Both the position numbers and the translations under genes were made by a program. A DNA stretch of 64,000 nt from Eledone cirrhosa (taxonomy: Eukaryota): the NCBI GenBank assembly GCA_964016885.1, contig OZ024743.1, forward strand, positions 164,610,001 to 164,674,000, in the 5' to 3' direction. The notes under the pieces were generated by a model, which saw only the letters and a program-made list of their open reading frames with translations, had not been told where the DNA came from and did no database searches. Position 1 is the stretch's first letter. Each line of letters opens with the position of its first letter. Of the stretch, positions 34,760 through 47,452 are shown in pieces.

Positions 34760-37029
34760 TTCGTTTCTGAATTTGCTTAGCAAGATTCTTTATCTGAAAA
34801 CGTGTGTTGAAACCGATATTGTTATACTTTGGGAGGGTCATGTTGCCAATAAGAAACACACGCACCAGTTGCTTTCACTTCAATTTATTATAATAAATTT
34901 ATAAATTTAGGAATTTATAAATTTCCGGTTGGTTGGTCGGTTCCACAACCAGATGGTTGTTTATATATTGTCAAAGTTCTTTCGTCACACATTCTGTGAC
35001 CTCTTCAGTGACTGGGGATTCTTTTCTTTGTTTTTGTACCTCTCCTTTGTTCTGTCCTACACCATCTTGTTTCTGTGTGTGTGTTGTGTGCTCAGTCTGC
35101 GCATGCGCTACATCCGGGAGTCTGTGTGTGTTTATATTCGTTTATTTATTTGTTTATTTACATGTTACAGGTTGGTTGTTTGTTCTATGTGCGTGTGTGT
35201 TTTCATTTTGTCCTTAATTGTAAGTTGTGATGTTGCTGTTCCACTCATGTTTTCTATTTAACTTTGGTTGTAATTATTATTTTTTTTTTTTTGTGTTTAT
35301 TGCCTCTGTGATTTGTCTAAACATTGCGTCTTTTCTGTGTGTAGATTCTATTTTTATTTCTATGTTCTCTAATTTACCCTTATGTTCTATTTTAGCATGT
35401 TGGTAGAGTACAGATGATTCTTTACTATCTTGAAGGTCTCGCCAGTGTTTATTTATCCGTTCCCCTACACTACGAGCTGACTCACCTATGTACACTATAT
35501 TTTTGTCTCTACATTGTCCTTCAGTACATCTTATGCTCTATACTACATTTCTAGTTTTACAGTTAATATGGGGGCTTAATTTACAGGGTATACATTTCTT
35601 ATCTATACAGGGGGGTCTTTGAAAAGGGTATTTCTTGCTAATAAGTGTTTTTATGGAGGTACCTGGTCTTTCTACTATCTTAATATTGAGTTTATGTTTA
35701 TCTAGGGCCCTTCTAAATTTGTAAGCTAATTCACCTCTAGGGGTTGTATCGATGAACATTACACTCTGGTATTTATTGCTATCATACCATGAGTTTATTC
35801 TGTTAGCCTTATTCCTAGTTCTTTCTATTCTATTCCAAAATTTGCTCCTATAAAAGGGGACAGGTCCCATTTGTGTCATTATTTACCATTTTTTCCCATT
35901 TGGTTCTGGCTCCTCTATACACTCTGATTTTATCTCTCTGATTGTCACCAGAGAACTGCATACAGTGGATGAAGTGTTGTATGTGACTCTCTAGTTCTTT
36001 GGGGTTGCACATGCGGCACACGTTTCTCATCACCCGTACCAAATCTGCAATCAGTATGTTGATTTTGGTATGGTCCGAAACAGCTGAGTTTCGGTGGATC
36101 AGATATTTGGAAGTCATGGGTTTGGCATAATGGGAATGGAGGATTTGTTTTTTGTTATTAATGGTATCTAACCAGAGCTCTGTGTCTAGTACAGGTAATC
36201 GATGGTTTGGGTGTTTACTTGGGTAGTCTATAGTAACTCTAATACTCTGGTGGATGGAGTTAGCTATTTGCTAGATGCTTTCCATTGTGTTTTTCTCTAG
36301 TTCCTGACTGTTCTCTAGTGGGGGGGGGGTTTAACTACGATGTTTATATCATCAACGTAGCGGGAGTACATTATCAGAGTTAAGGGGTCTTCTAATTGTT
36401 CTTTAAGTTTAAGTTTAAGTCTACTGTCCCACCATACCATGAATAAGTTAGCTATGTCGCCTGCAATGCTAACACCAATGGCTGCTCCTTCCTCTTGGGC
36501 ATATGTTTTTCCATTAAATTTGAACATATGTTCCTTAAGGGTTAATTTTATGCTGGCCCCCACCGCATGTGCAATCATTTTCTTTAGTTCATCGTGGTTT
36601 TCGGGGGTCCGTATGGCTCTGGTCCACCCGTTCCATCTATCTGTGTGGGTTTTCTTGGCCATTGAGGTAATGGTATGTGGTCTGCCTCTTGCTGGTCTTG
36701 TAGGGCACAGGTTGCTAAGGTCATATGTGTCTAGGTAATTATTACTATAGGTAAGTTTAAGTAGGAGTCCCAGCTCACTGGTATCAATCCCACGGAACTC
36801 AACATTGCTCTCACTGATCATTGCTACGCATTTCTCCACAGCAAAATCCACGTCAATAGATGGATACAGGGACACAACATCCATACTACCTATTATGCAG
36901 TTTGTTAGGTCCCTAGATCGGTTACTCTCGCCGATTCTGCTGAGGAGGTCCTCCGTGCTGTCACATACATCTGGGGACATTTCAATGATGGGGCGTATGA
37001 TCAGGGAGAGGAAGTAGGACAGTCTGTAG
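34760..37029 (-). mobile_element. Penelope-like element (Neptune/Hydra-like), 5'-truncated, with 16-bp TSD
   Basis: RT 36315-36980 (SMDVVSLYPS, QEEGAAIG, YSRYVDD); fragmented thumb and GIY-YIG (YIGESAR); flanked by TTACATTACTATTTTT at 34744 and 37030. Confidence 0.88.
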
Positions 37030-37553
37030 TTACATTACTATTTTTATATTTTTTTAAATAATACATATCAACAATTTCTTTCCATCGCACATATTATTAA
37101 ACCCTTCAATATTCAAACCTTAACTTAATATTATTCTTAATACATATTAACAATTTCTTTTCATCTCACATATTATTAAACCCTTCAATATACAAACCTT
37201 AAGTTAACATTAGTCTTAAATTTTTCTTTTCGTTAATTTTCAAATTCTTTTAATTTATATATTATCTTCCAGCGGTTTTTTAACCTCTCTCTGTAAAACA
37301 ATATATTTTCCTCAGTTATAAAAGCTATCTCTCTCTCTCTATCACTCATCTCTCCTCCTATCTCATCCTTACTTATTATACTCCTCCCCCTCCATTCTTT
37401 ACTCTCATCTCCTCCTCTTTTTCATCCTTTCCACCCTCCACGCCTCAATTTTTTTTTTTCCAATATCACACATCAATCTAAAACTACTTTTCATATGTTG
37501 ATTTAAAACTGCACTATTCACAAGTGTTTTTTAACCTTCATATCATGTCTCCC

Positions 37554-37624
37554 TATTTTATCTGACGAAAACGCAAATGTCATCGCATGATGATATTTGT
37601 TTTTGAAATGTGCATAATAAAATA
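37554..37624 (+). ncRNA. Type I hammerhead ribozyme (F7) in a PLE 3'-end fragment
   Basis: Helix I UAUUUUAU/AUAAAAUA (8 bp); CUGACGA; long helix II (CAAAUGUCAUC/GAUGAUAUUUG); GAAA-UGUGCA-UA. Confidence 0.82.
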
Positions 37625-37670
37625 CATGGAACTCTTTTAACCATCTTTTGACCTTATATATTATATATAT

Positions 37671-37707
<37 letters not shown>

Positions 37708-37712
<5 letters not shown>

Positions 37713-40700
37713 CCAGGTGGAGGGGTGGGTCTGCTAGATTCATTGAGGGTAAAAAACGATGTTATAAGCTTTTCTGGGTGGGAAACGACGATGGGCTGGG
37801 TGGAGTAGGAATCATGGTAGCAGAAAAGTGGGCAGATAAGATAATAGACGTAAATAGAGTGAACGACAGAATAATTAAAATAAGACTTGTCCTCAATAGA
37901 ACTACGGTGACAGTAATATCTGCGTACGCACCCCAATCCGGACTGCCCGGCACTATAAAAGACAGATTCTATGAGACACTGTTGCTAACTACCTCCCAAA
38001 TATCTGACAGTGACTATATAATTATTGCAGGCGACCTAAATGGTCACGTTGGACAACATTGTGACGGCTATGACGAAATCCATGGAGGCTATGGGTTTGG
38101 TACTAGAAATGAGGAAGGCTCCAGAATTCTGGAATACTGTGATGCAAATAACCTAACTATCTGTAACACTAACTTCAAAAAACGTGACAATCACCTGATT
38201 ACCTATAGATCCGGGGAACACACAAGCCAGGTAGATTATATCCTTACCAGAAGACGTGACAGAGTGTCTGTTGTAAACACTAAATCCCTCCCCCATGAAG
38301 AATGCACCTCCCAACATAGACTGATAATTAGCGACCTCATAGTCAGGACGAGACGCACCCGACAGCAGAAGAGGACTATCCTCAGGAGGAAAATATGGAA
38401 ACTAAAGGACCCCACAGCCAGAAATAAATTTCAAAGCATATTACTTGATGCTTTCGACAGTAAGGAAGAGCATCTAGAATCGGACAATATAGAGGGACAG
38501 TGGAAATTTCTGAAAGCAAACCTGCTGTTGGCGACAGACGAAGTCTGTGGCTGGAGCAGGCCTGTAGGCAGGAGGAGAGTAACATGGTGGTGGAACAATA
38601 GGGTGGAGGGGTCAATTAAGGCCAAAAAGCAGGCTTGGAAAGTATGGCGGGATGGGGGAAGTAGAGTAGACTATCAAGTGGCCAGGAGGGAAGCTAGGAG
38701 AGAAGTGTACTTAGCAAGAAGGGAAGCTGAGGAAAGAAAGTTCAAGCATGTTCTACAACGCGATGACCAAAAACGTGAGGTGTTCAGGATTGCCAGGCAA
38801 TGCGTCAAGGAAAACCGTGATATTGTCGGGGAGAAGTGTGTACTTAACGATGATGGCATACTTGCCATCACCGACACTGATAAGAAGGTAGCTTGGAAGT
38901 GTCACTATGAAAGGCTACTAAATGAGGAGAATAAATGGGAGAAAGACAGTCTCCCCCTTATCGACCCGATAGAGGGACCAGCAGTGTTAGTCGAGGGGAG
39001 TATAATAAGTAAGGCAATCAAGGATATGAAGACTGGTAAGGCGGCTGGGCCTTCGGAAATAGTTGCTGAGATGCTGAAGGCATCTGGCACGGTGGGACAC
39101 ACCATGGTCACCCGCATAGTTAACCAAGTCGTACAGAATGGGGTTGTTCCGAAGGACTGGCATAGCAGCATCATCGTTAACTGTTATAAGGGTAAAGGAG
39201 ACGCCCTAGATAGGAGTAACTATAGAGGCATTAAATTAATCGACCAGGTCATGAAGGTCACGGAAAAAGTAATAGCGCAACTAATCAGAGAGAGAATTGA
39301 TCTAGATGAAATGCAGTTCGGGTTTGTGTCAGGCAAAAGCACCACAGACGCTCTTTTCATAGTACGACAACTACAGGAGAAGTACCTAGCTAAAGGTAAA
39401 CCCCTCTACTTAGCTTTTGTCGACCTGGAGAAAGCCTTCGACAGAGTCCCCCGCTCCATTATCTGGTGGGCTCTTAGAAAACTAGGCGTTGACGAATGGC
39501 TTGTGAGGGCTATACAAGCCATGTATAAAGAAACAGTCAGCAAGGTTAGAATTAACAACGAATATAGTGAAGAGTTTAGCGTAAAAGTTGGCGTCCATCA
39601 GGGCTCTGTTCTCAGCCCCCTACTATTTATTATTGCCCTTCAGGCTATAACAGAGGAGTTCAAGACAGGCTGCCCATGGGAACTCCTATACGCAGACGAC
39701 CTGACACTCATAGCGGAATCAATGGCCGAGCTAGAGAAGAAATTCCAAACATGGAAGCACGGCCTAGAGTCAAAAGGACTTAAAATTAACCTGGCTAAGA
39801 CCAAAGTTCTAGTTTGTAGGAAAGAAAACAAGGCGGCGGTCCCTTCTGGGAAATGGTCGTGCTCGGTATGTAGGAAAGGCGTAGGTAGAAACTCCATCTT
39901 ATGTCCTAAATGCAAAGTATGGGTGCATAAAAGATGTAGTGGGATCACAGGTAAGCTAACTAAGAACATAGACTTTACATGTGGCCGGTGTTCTGGTGCA
40001 ATAAGTAGCAGCAAGTGCCCACAAAATACTAGCTCTTTCAATTGCGTAGAGGGTTCTATAGAAATAGTGGACAGCTTCCGTTACCTGGGCGATAAAATCA
40101 GCAGTGGGGGAGGGTGCTCTGAAAGTACTGTAGCTAGAGTCAGAACTGGTTGGAAAAAGTTCAGAGAGCTTATACCACTATTAGCTGCTAAAGGGTTCTC
40201 CCTAAAAATGAAAGGCAGGTTGTACGATGCCTGCATACAAACAGCAATGTTGCATGGCAGTGAGACCTGGGCATTGTGTGCAGAGGATATACGCAGACTA
40301 GAGAGGAACGAAGCTTGCATGCTCCGCTGGATGTGTAACAGTAATATACGTGAACGGCAAAGCATAAACGAACTAAGGAAAAAATTAGAGATAAGAGGGA
40401 TCAGATGTTGTTTACTCGAGAGAAGGCTACGTTGGTATGGACATGTGATGCGCATGAAAGTCGATAGCTGTATAACAAAGTGCAGGGCAATAAAGATAGA
40501 CGGTAGCCACGGAATAGGCAGACCTAGAAAAACCTGGGACGAGCTGATAAACTCCGACCTCACACACTTACACCTCTCCAAGACAATGTCACTGGACCGA
40601 GACCTTTGGCGGTACTCAGTAACAGAGAAGACCCGCCTTGCCAGTAGGCATCTCTAACAAAATACACCCCGTCCCGCCACCACCCCCACCCATCCACACC

Positions 40701-41010
40701 ACCCCGTCCTATGTAAAGTTATGTTGGTGCCGCGCCATCCAGGCCGAAACAAATGAGATCGTGTAGGTGTCACGACAAAAAAACACACAGTCCACGCTGT
40801 AATGTGGCCGTGTAGGCAACACGGTAAAAACCTCCCAGACCCACACTGTAAATGTGGTTGGTGTTAGGAAGGGCATCCAACTGTAGAAAACCTGCCAGAC
40901 AGTCCTATGCGAGCAAGACAATCACTCTTGCCTCAAGTGGGACTACCCCCGTCCAAACCCATGCAAGCGTGGAACACGGACGTTAAACGTTGATGATGAT
41001 GATGATGATG
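37708..41010 (+). mobile_element. RTE LINE family C, near-full-length copy C3
   Basis: Starts inside APE motif II (ETRWR) within (TA)n; 959-aa ORF; about 330-nt 3' UTR; (GAT)n tail. Confidence 0.95.
37778..40657 (+). CDS. RTE APE endonuclease-reverse transcriptase polyprotein with PHD-type finger in RT
   Basis: APE (SAYAP, GDLNGHVG, VDYIL, SQH); RT (AFVDLEKAFD, QGSVLSP, YADD); C4HC3 at 39860-39991; C-terminal [16 protein letters not shown]. Confidence 0.95.
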   Translation: MGNDDGLGGVGIMVAEKWADKIIDVNRVNDRIIKIRLVLNRTTVTVISAYAPQSGLPGTIKDRFYETLLLTTSQISDSDYIIIAGDLNGHVGQHCDGYDEIHGGYGFGTRNEEGSRILEYCDANNLTICNTNFKKRDNHLITYRSGEHTSQVDYILTRRRDRVSVVNTKSLPHEECTSQHRLIISDLIVRTRRTRQQKRTILRRKIWKLKDPTARNKFQSILLDAFDSKEEHLESDNIEGQWKFLKANLLLATDEVCGWSRPVGRRRVTWWWNNRVEGSIKAKKQAWKVWRDGGSRVDYQVARREARREVYLARREAEERKFKHVLQRDDQKREVFRIARQCVKENRDIVGEKCVLNDDGILAITDTDKKVAWKCHYERLLNEENKWEKDSLPLIDPIEGPAVLVEGSIISKAIKDMKTGKAAGPSEIVAEMLKASGTVGHTMVTRIVNQVVQNGVVPKDWHSSIIVNCYKGKGDALDRSNYRGIKLIDQVMKVTEKVIAQLIRERIDLDEMQFGFVSGKSTTDALFIVRQLQEKYLAKGKPLYLAFVDLEKAFDRVPRSIIWWALRKLGVDEWLVRAIQAMYKETVSKVRINNEYSEEFSVKVGVHQGSVLSPLLFIIALQAITEEFKTGCPWELLYADDLTLIAESMAELEKKFQTWKHGLESKGLKINLAKTKVLVCRKENKAAVPSGKWSCSVCRKGVGRNSILCPKCKVWVHKRCSGITGKLTKNIDFTCGRCSGAISSSKCPQNTSSFNCVEGSIEIVDSFRYLGDKISSGGGCSESTVARVRTGWKKFRELIPLLAAKGFSLKMKGRLYDACIQTAMLHGSETWALCAEDIRRLERNEACMLRWMCNSNIRERQSINELRKKLEIRGIRCCLLERRLRWYGHVMRMKVDSCITKCRAIKIDGSHGIGRPRKTWDELINSDLTHLHLSKTMSLDRDLWRYSVTEKTRLASRHL

Positions 41011-41161
41011 ATATATCATATATATATATATATCCTATATATATACATATCATATATATATATATCATATATATATATATCATATATATATATCATATAT
41101 ATACATATCATAAATATATGTATATATCATATATATATATATATCATATATATATATATAT

Positions 41162-41200
<39 letters not shown>

Positions 41201-41400
41201 TATATATAAATATATATATATCATATATATATATATATTATATATATATTACATATATATATATATATCATATATATATATATCATATATATATATATCA
41301 TATATATATATCATATATATATATATATATCATATATATATATATATATATATCATATATATATATATCATATATATATATATCATATATATATATATAT

Positions 41401-41448
<48 letters not shown>

Positions 41449-41564
41449 TAATTTAATATATCAACTATATATATATATATATATATCATATATATATATA
41501 TCATATATATATATATATATATATCATATATATATATATCATATATATATATATATATATATAT

Positions 41565-41615
<51 letters not shown>

Positions 41616-42263
41616 TATATCTATATCACATATATATATATTATATATAAATATCATATATACATATATTATATATATATATATGCCATTTTACGTCTGT
41701 AAGTATAGATTTAATATTTAATATTCTCTAGATCGATACAGACGGACTATATGTACTTGAATTAAGGTATTTCTATCTGGCTAAAAAATTATTGTCATTT
41801 TGCAATAAAAACACAGTAGTGTTGATCATATATTTTTTTTAATTACTTTTTAAACTATAATATATCATGTATATATATATCATATATATATATATATATA
41901 TATCATATATATATATATCATATATATATATATCATATATATATATATCATATATATCATATATATATATATATCATATTTATATATATATCATATATAT
42001 ATATCACATCTATATATATCATATATATATATCCTATATATATCATATATACATATATCATGTATATATATATCCTATATATATATATCATATATATATA
42101 TATCATATATATATATATATCATATATATATATCATATATATATATATCATATATATATATCATATATATATATATCATATATATATATATCATATATAT
42201 ACATATATATATATATATATCATATATATACATATATGTATATATATATCATATATCATATAT
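41011..42263. repeat. (TA)n/(TATC) microsatellite with a short unique insert (about 41685-41860)
   Basis: Directly visible. Confidence 0.93.
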
Positions 42264-42610
42264 ATCATCATCATCATCATCATCAACATTTAACGCCCGT
42301 GTTCCACGCTTGCATGGGTTTGGACGGGGGTTTTCCCACTTGAGGCAAGAGTGATTGTCTTGCTCGCATAGGACTGTCTGGCAGGTTTTCTACAGTTGGA
42401 TGCCCTTCCTAACACCAACCACATTTACAGTGTGGGTCTGGGATGTTTTTACCGTGTTGCCTACACGGCCACATTACAGCGTGGACTGTGTGTTTTTTTG
42501 GCGTGACACCTACACGACCTCATTTGTTTCGGCCTGGATGGTGTGGCACCAACATAACTTTACATAGAAGGGGGCGGTGTGGATGGGGTGGGGGTGGTGG
42601 GACGGGGGTG
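42264..42610 (-). mobile_element. RTE family C 3' UTR fragment C4
   Basis: Reverse complement of 40665-41010. Confidence 0.9.
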
Positions 42611-42624
42611 TATATATCATATAT

Positions 42625-44040
42625 ATAAGAACCGTAGAGCAAATATTTATTAAAATAACAGATTAAAGTTTAAGCAAAGAATCGCTGATTGCCCCCTATC
42701 CGGGAAATGCCTCTCTAGTAACATTGTCAACAAATGTAAGGTTGAAACACCCACGTCCCGTAGGGCCTATATAGGGTTAACCGCCAATAGATTCAAGCAG
42801 CGTCTTTACATGCATACCCATTCTTTTCGTTACCCTCTAAGAAGGAATATGACGTCACTTTCAGCTTATATCTGGAGTCTAAAGGACAACCACACCCAAT
42901 ATAAGTTACACTGGGAGATCCTATAACGGAAAAAAAAGACCATGGGACCTCTGCGCCGCTGAGGCCCTGGAAATACTCTAGGCCACAGACCACATCTTAA
43001 ACAAAAAATCTGAGGCTATTTCGGCTTGTAAACATAAATTGCACACAACTTTCCTGTATTACAGCCCCACATTATACCCTAACGGATAGTACGATCTATA
43101 CGCGGATATTTTACGTCTTGATGTGGTAGCTCAGTATATTTTATGTTTATACCATTACTTATTTGCATAGGTAAGTATATATTAGCTGTATGTTTTGTGA
43201 AGGTACGTATAATTTCCCACACGTATACTTTCCCGTACGTATATTTGATTGTATATGTTATGGCGTATATTTTTTATATGTTCTGGTACATGTGCTTTTG
43301 GCTGTGTGTGTGCGTGAGTTTTGCGTCTGTGTGAGTGTGCGGGTTCGTGCGTGTGTGGGGTGTGTTCTTTGTGTATTTACATGTAGGTGTGTGTGTGCGC
43401 TTGTTGTGTACGTATTTATTTGTTTATATGCATTTGTTTAATTATTTGTATACACGCACACACACACACCCACACATATTTGTATGTGCATGTATTTGTG
43501 TACCTGTGGCGGGTGTTTTCGCGTGTGCTTGTGTATATACGTGTTTGGATGCGTGTATGTATTTGTTTGGTTTCAATTGCTTCTGTATTTTATTTACTTT
43601 ATTCTTGACTCTGAAGCGGAGAATCGTTCGGTTTCCTAGTTGGAATCGTAGTCTGCGACTTCAGTTGTACCATTTACGTGGTTTTATCTTTGCATGCAAT
43701 TGTTCTCCTCGCTCCACATATGACGTATTATCTTCGTTTTTTCCGTTCATTGCCAGAGAACGTGTCTATGAACCACCTAAGAGAACATTAGTCTACGACC
43801 TCTTTTATACCATAAACGTGGTTCTGTCTTTGCGTGTAATTGTTTTTCCCCGCTCCAAATAATGACGTATTATATTCGTTTTTCCCGTTCTTTGCCAGGG
43901 AACGTTTCCACGAACCAAAGTATCGTCTCCTGTCTTCCGCCGGTTGCAACGTTTTTTGAAATATTCACTTTCAGAAGATCCCGTTAAGGGTGAAAGCAGC
44001 GACTCTTTGCTTAAACTTTAATCTGTTATTTTAATTTAAA
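42625..44040 (+). mobile_element. Naiad PLE 3' fragment (GIY-YIG remnant + GT-rich 3' UTR) with inverted terminal copy at its 5' end
   Basis: DCPLSGKCL..AYIGLTANRFKQR..DLCAAE..ACKH; about 42648-42688 is inverted relative to 43997-44035. Confidence 0.8.
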
Positions 44041-44041
44041 A

Positions 44042-44045
<4 letters not shown>

Positions 44046-44113
<68 letters not shown>

Positions 44114-44262
44114 ATATGTATATATGATATATATATATATGATATATGTATATATGATATATATATATATGATATATGTATATATGATATATATATATAT
44201 GATATATATATATATGATATATATATATGATATATATATAGATATATATATATATATATATA

Positions 44263-44320
<58 letters not shown>

Positions 44321-44700
44321 TATATATATAATATATATATATGGTATATATATATATATATATATATATCATATATATATAATATATATATATGGTATAT
44401 ATATATGATATATATATATATCATATATATATATGATATATGTATGATATATATATATGATATATATATATATCATATATATATATATATGATATATGTA
44501 TGATATATATATATGATATATATATATATCATATATATATATATATGATATATGTATGATATATATATATGATATATATATATATCATATATATATGATA
44601 TATGTATGATATATATATATGATATATATATATATATCATATATATATATATATGATATATATATATGATATATATATATATCATATATATTTATATATA
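44046..44700. repeat. (TA)n/(GATA) microsatellite array
   Basis: Directly visible. Confidence 0.95.
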
Positions 44701-47452
44701 TCATCATCATCATCATCATCATTTAACGTCCGTGTTCCACGCTTGCATGGGTTTGGACGGGGGTAGTCCCACTTGAGGCAAGAGTGATTGTCTTGCTCGC
44801 ATAGGACTGTCTGGCAGGTTTTCTACAGTTGGATGCCCTTCCTAACACCAACCACATTTACAGTGTGGGTCTGGGATGTTTTTACCGTGTTGCCTACACG
44901 GCCACATTACAGCGTGGACTGTGTGTTTTTTTGTCGTGACACCTACACGATCTCATTTGTTTCGGCCTGGATGGTGCGGCACCAACATAACTTTACATAG
45001 AACGGGGTGGTGTGGATGGGGTGGGGGTGGTGGCGGGACGGGGTGTATTTTGTTAGAGATGCCTACTGGCAAGGCGGGTCTTCTCTGTTACTGAGTACCG
45101 CCAAAGGTCTCGGTCCAGTGACATTGTCTTGGAGAGGTGTAAGTGTGTGAGGTCGGAGTTTATCAGCTCGTCCCAGGTTTTTCTAGGTCTGCCTATTCCG
45201 TGGCTACCGTCTATCTTTATTGCCCTGCACTTTGTTATACAGCTATCGACTTTCATGCGCATCACGTGTCCATACCAACGCAGCCTTCTCTCGAGTAAAC
45301 ATCTGATCCCTCTTATCTCTAATTTTTTCCTTAGTTCGTTTATGCTTTGCCGTTCACGTATATTACTGTTACACATCCAGCGGAGCATGCAAGCTTCGTT
45401 CCTCTCTAGTCTGCGTATATCCTCTGCATACAATGCCCAGGTCTCACTACCATGCAACATTGCTGTTCGTATGCAGGCATCGTACAACCTGCCTTTCATT
45501 TTTAGGGAGAACCCTTTAGCAGCTAATAGTGGTATAAGCTCTCTGAACTTTTTCCAACCAGTTCTGACTCTAGCTACAGTACTTTCAGAGCACCCTCCCC
45601 CACTGCTGATTTTATCGCCCAGGTAACGGAAGCTGTCCACTATTTCTATAGAACCCTCTGCGCAATTGAAAGAGCTAGTATTTTGTGGGCACTTGCTGTT
45701 ACTTATTGCACCAGAACACCGGCCACATGTAAAATCTATGTTCTTAGTTAGCTTACCTGTGATCCCACTACATCTTTTATGCACCCATACTTTGCATTTA
45801 GGACATAAAATGGAGTTTCTACCTACGCCTTTCCTACACACCGAGCACGACCATTTCCCAGAAGGGACCGCCGCCTTGTTTTCTTTCCTACAAACTAGAA
45901 CTTTGGTCTTAGCCAGGTTAATTTTAAGTCCTTTTGACTCTAGGCCGTGCTTCCATGTTTGGAATTTCTTCTCTAGCTCGGCCATTGATTCCGCTATGAG
46001 TGTCAGGTCGTCTGCGTATAGGAGTTCCCATGGGCAGCCTGTCTTGAACTCCTCTGTTATAGCCTGAAGGGCAATAATAAATAGTAGGGGGCTGAGAACA
46101 GAGCCCTGATGGACGCCAGCTTTTACGCTAAACTCTTCACTATATTCGTTGTTAATTCTAACCTTGCTGACTGTTTCTTTATACATGGCTTGTATAGCCC
46201 TCACAAGCCATTCGTCAACGCCTAGTTTTCTAAGAGCCCACCAGATAATGGAGCGGGGGACTCTGTCGAAGGCTTTCTCCAGGTCGACAAAAGCTAAGTA
46301 GAGGGGTTTACCTTTAGCTAGGTACTTCTCCTGTAGTTGTCGTACTATGAAAAGAGCGTCTGTGGTGCTTTTGCCTGACACAAACCCGAACTGCATTTCA
46401 TCTAGGTCAATTCTCTCTCTGATTAGTTGCGCTATTACTTTTTCCGTGACCTTCATGACCTGGTCGATTAATTTAATGCCTCTATAGTTACTCCTATCTA
46501 GGGCGTCTCCTTTACCCTTATAACAGTTAACGATGATGCTGCTATGCCAGTCCTTCGGAACAACCCCATTCTGTACGACTTGGTTAACTATGCGGGTGAC
46601 CATGGTGTGTCCCACCGTGCCAGATGCCTTCAGCATCTCAGCAACTATTTCCGAAGGCCCAGCCGCCTTACCCGTCTTCATATCCTTGATTGCCTTACTT
46701 ATTATACTCCCCTCGACTAACACTGCTGGTCCCTCTATTGGGTCGATATGGGGGAGACTGTCTTTCTCCCATTTATTCTCCTCATTTAGTAGCCTTTCAT
46801 AGTGACACTTCCAAGCTACCTTCTTATCAGTGTCGGTGATGGCAAGTATGCCATCATCGTTAAGTACACACTTCTCCCCGACAATATCACGGTTTTCCTT
46901 GACGCATTGCCTAGCAATCCTGAACACCTCACGTTTTTGGTCATCGCGTTTTAGAACATGCTTGAACTTTCTTTCCTCAGCCTCCCTTCTTGCTAAGTAC
47001 ACTTCTCTCCTAGCTTCCCTCCTGGCCACTTGATAGTCTACTCTACTTCCCCCATCCCGCCATACTTTCCAAGCCTGCTTTTTGGCCTTAATTGACCCCT
47101 CCACCCTACTGTTCCACCACCACGTTACTCTCCTCCTGCCTACAGGCCTGCTCCAGCCACAGACTTCGTCTGTCGCCAACAGCAGGTTTGCTTTCAGAAA
47201 TTCCCACTGTCCCTCTATATTGTCCGATTCTAGATGCTCTTCCTTACTGTCGAAAGCATCAAGTAATATGCTTTGAAATTTATTTCTGGCTGTGGGGTCC
47301 TTTAGTTTCCATATTTTCCTCCTGAGGATAGTCCTCTTCTGCTGTCGAGTACGTCTCGTCCTGACTATGAGGTCGCTAATTATCAGTCTATGTTGGGAGG
47401 TGCATTCTTCATGGGGGAGGGATTTAGTGTTTACAACAGACACTCTGTCACG
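44701..47452 (-). mobile_element. RTE family C 5'-truncated copy C5 (796-aa open frame at 45053-47443)
   Basis: Protein near-identical to C3; intact RT and PHD. Confidence 0.95.

Noticed and set aside
34788-34822. Possible hammerhead CUGAAAA..GAAACCGAUA at the PLE end
   Set aside because: G8 and the cleavage triplet do not fit; too degenerate to call.
37778-40657. Host gene (such proteins are often auto-annotated as craniofacial development protein 2-like)
   Set aside because: Multi-copy, intronless, 5'-truncated and (GAT)n-tailed: a LINE, not a domesticated gene.
43143-43862. Cys/Val-rich ORFs
   Set aside because: Arise from the (GT)n-rich PLE 3' UTR; not protein-like.
43965-44005. Hammerhead-like CAGAAGA-UCCC..GGGU-GAAA (also at 55370-55395)
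   Set aside because: No recognisable helix III, NUH triplet or helix I partner; at best a degenerate remnant.
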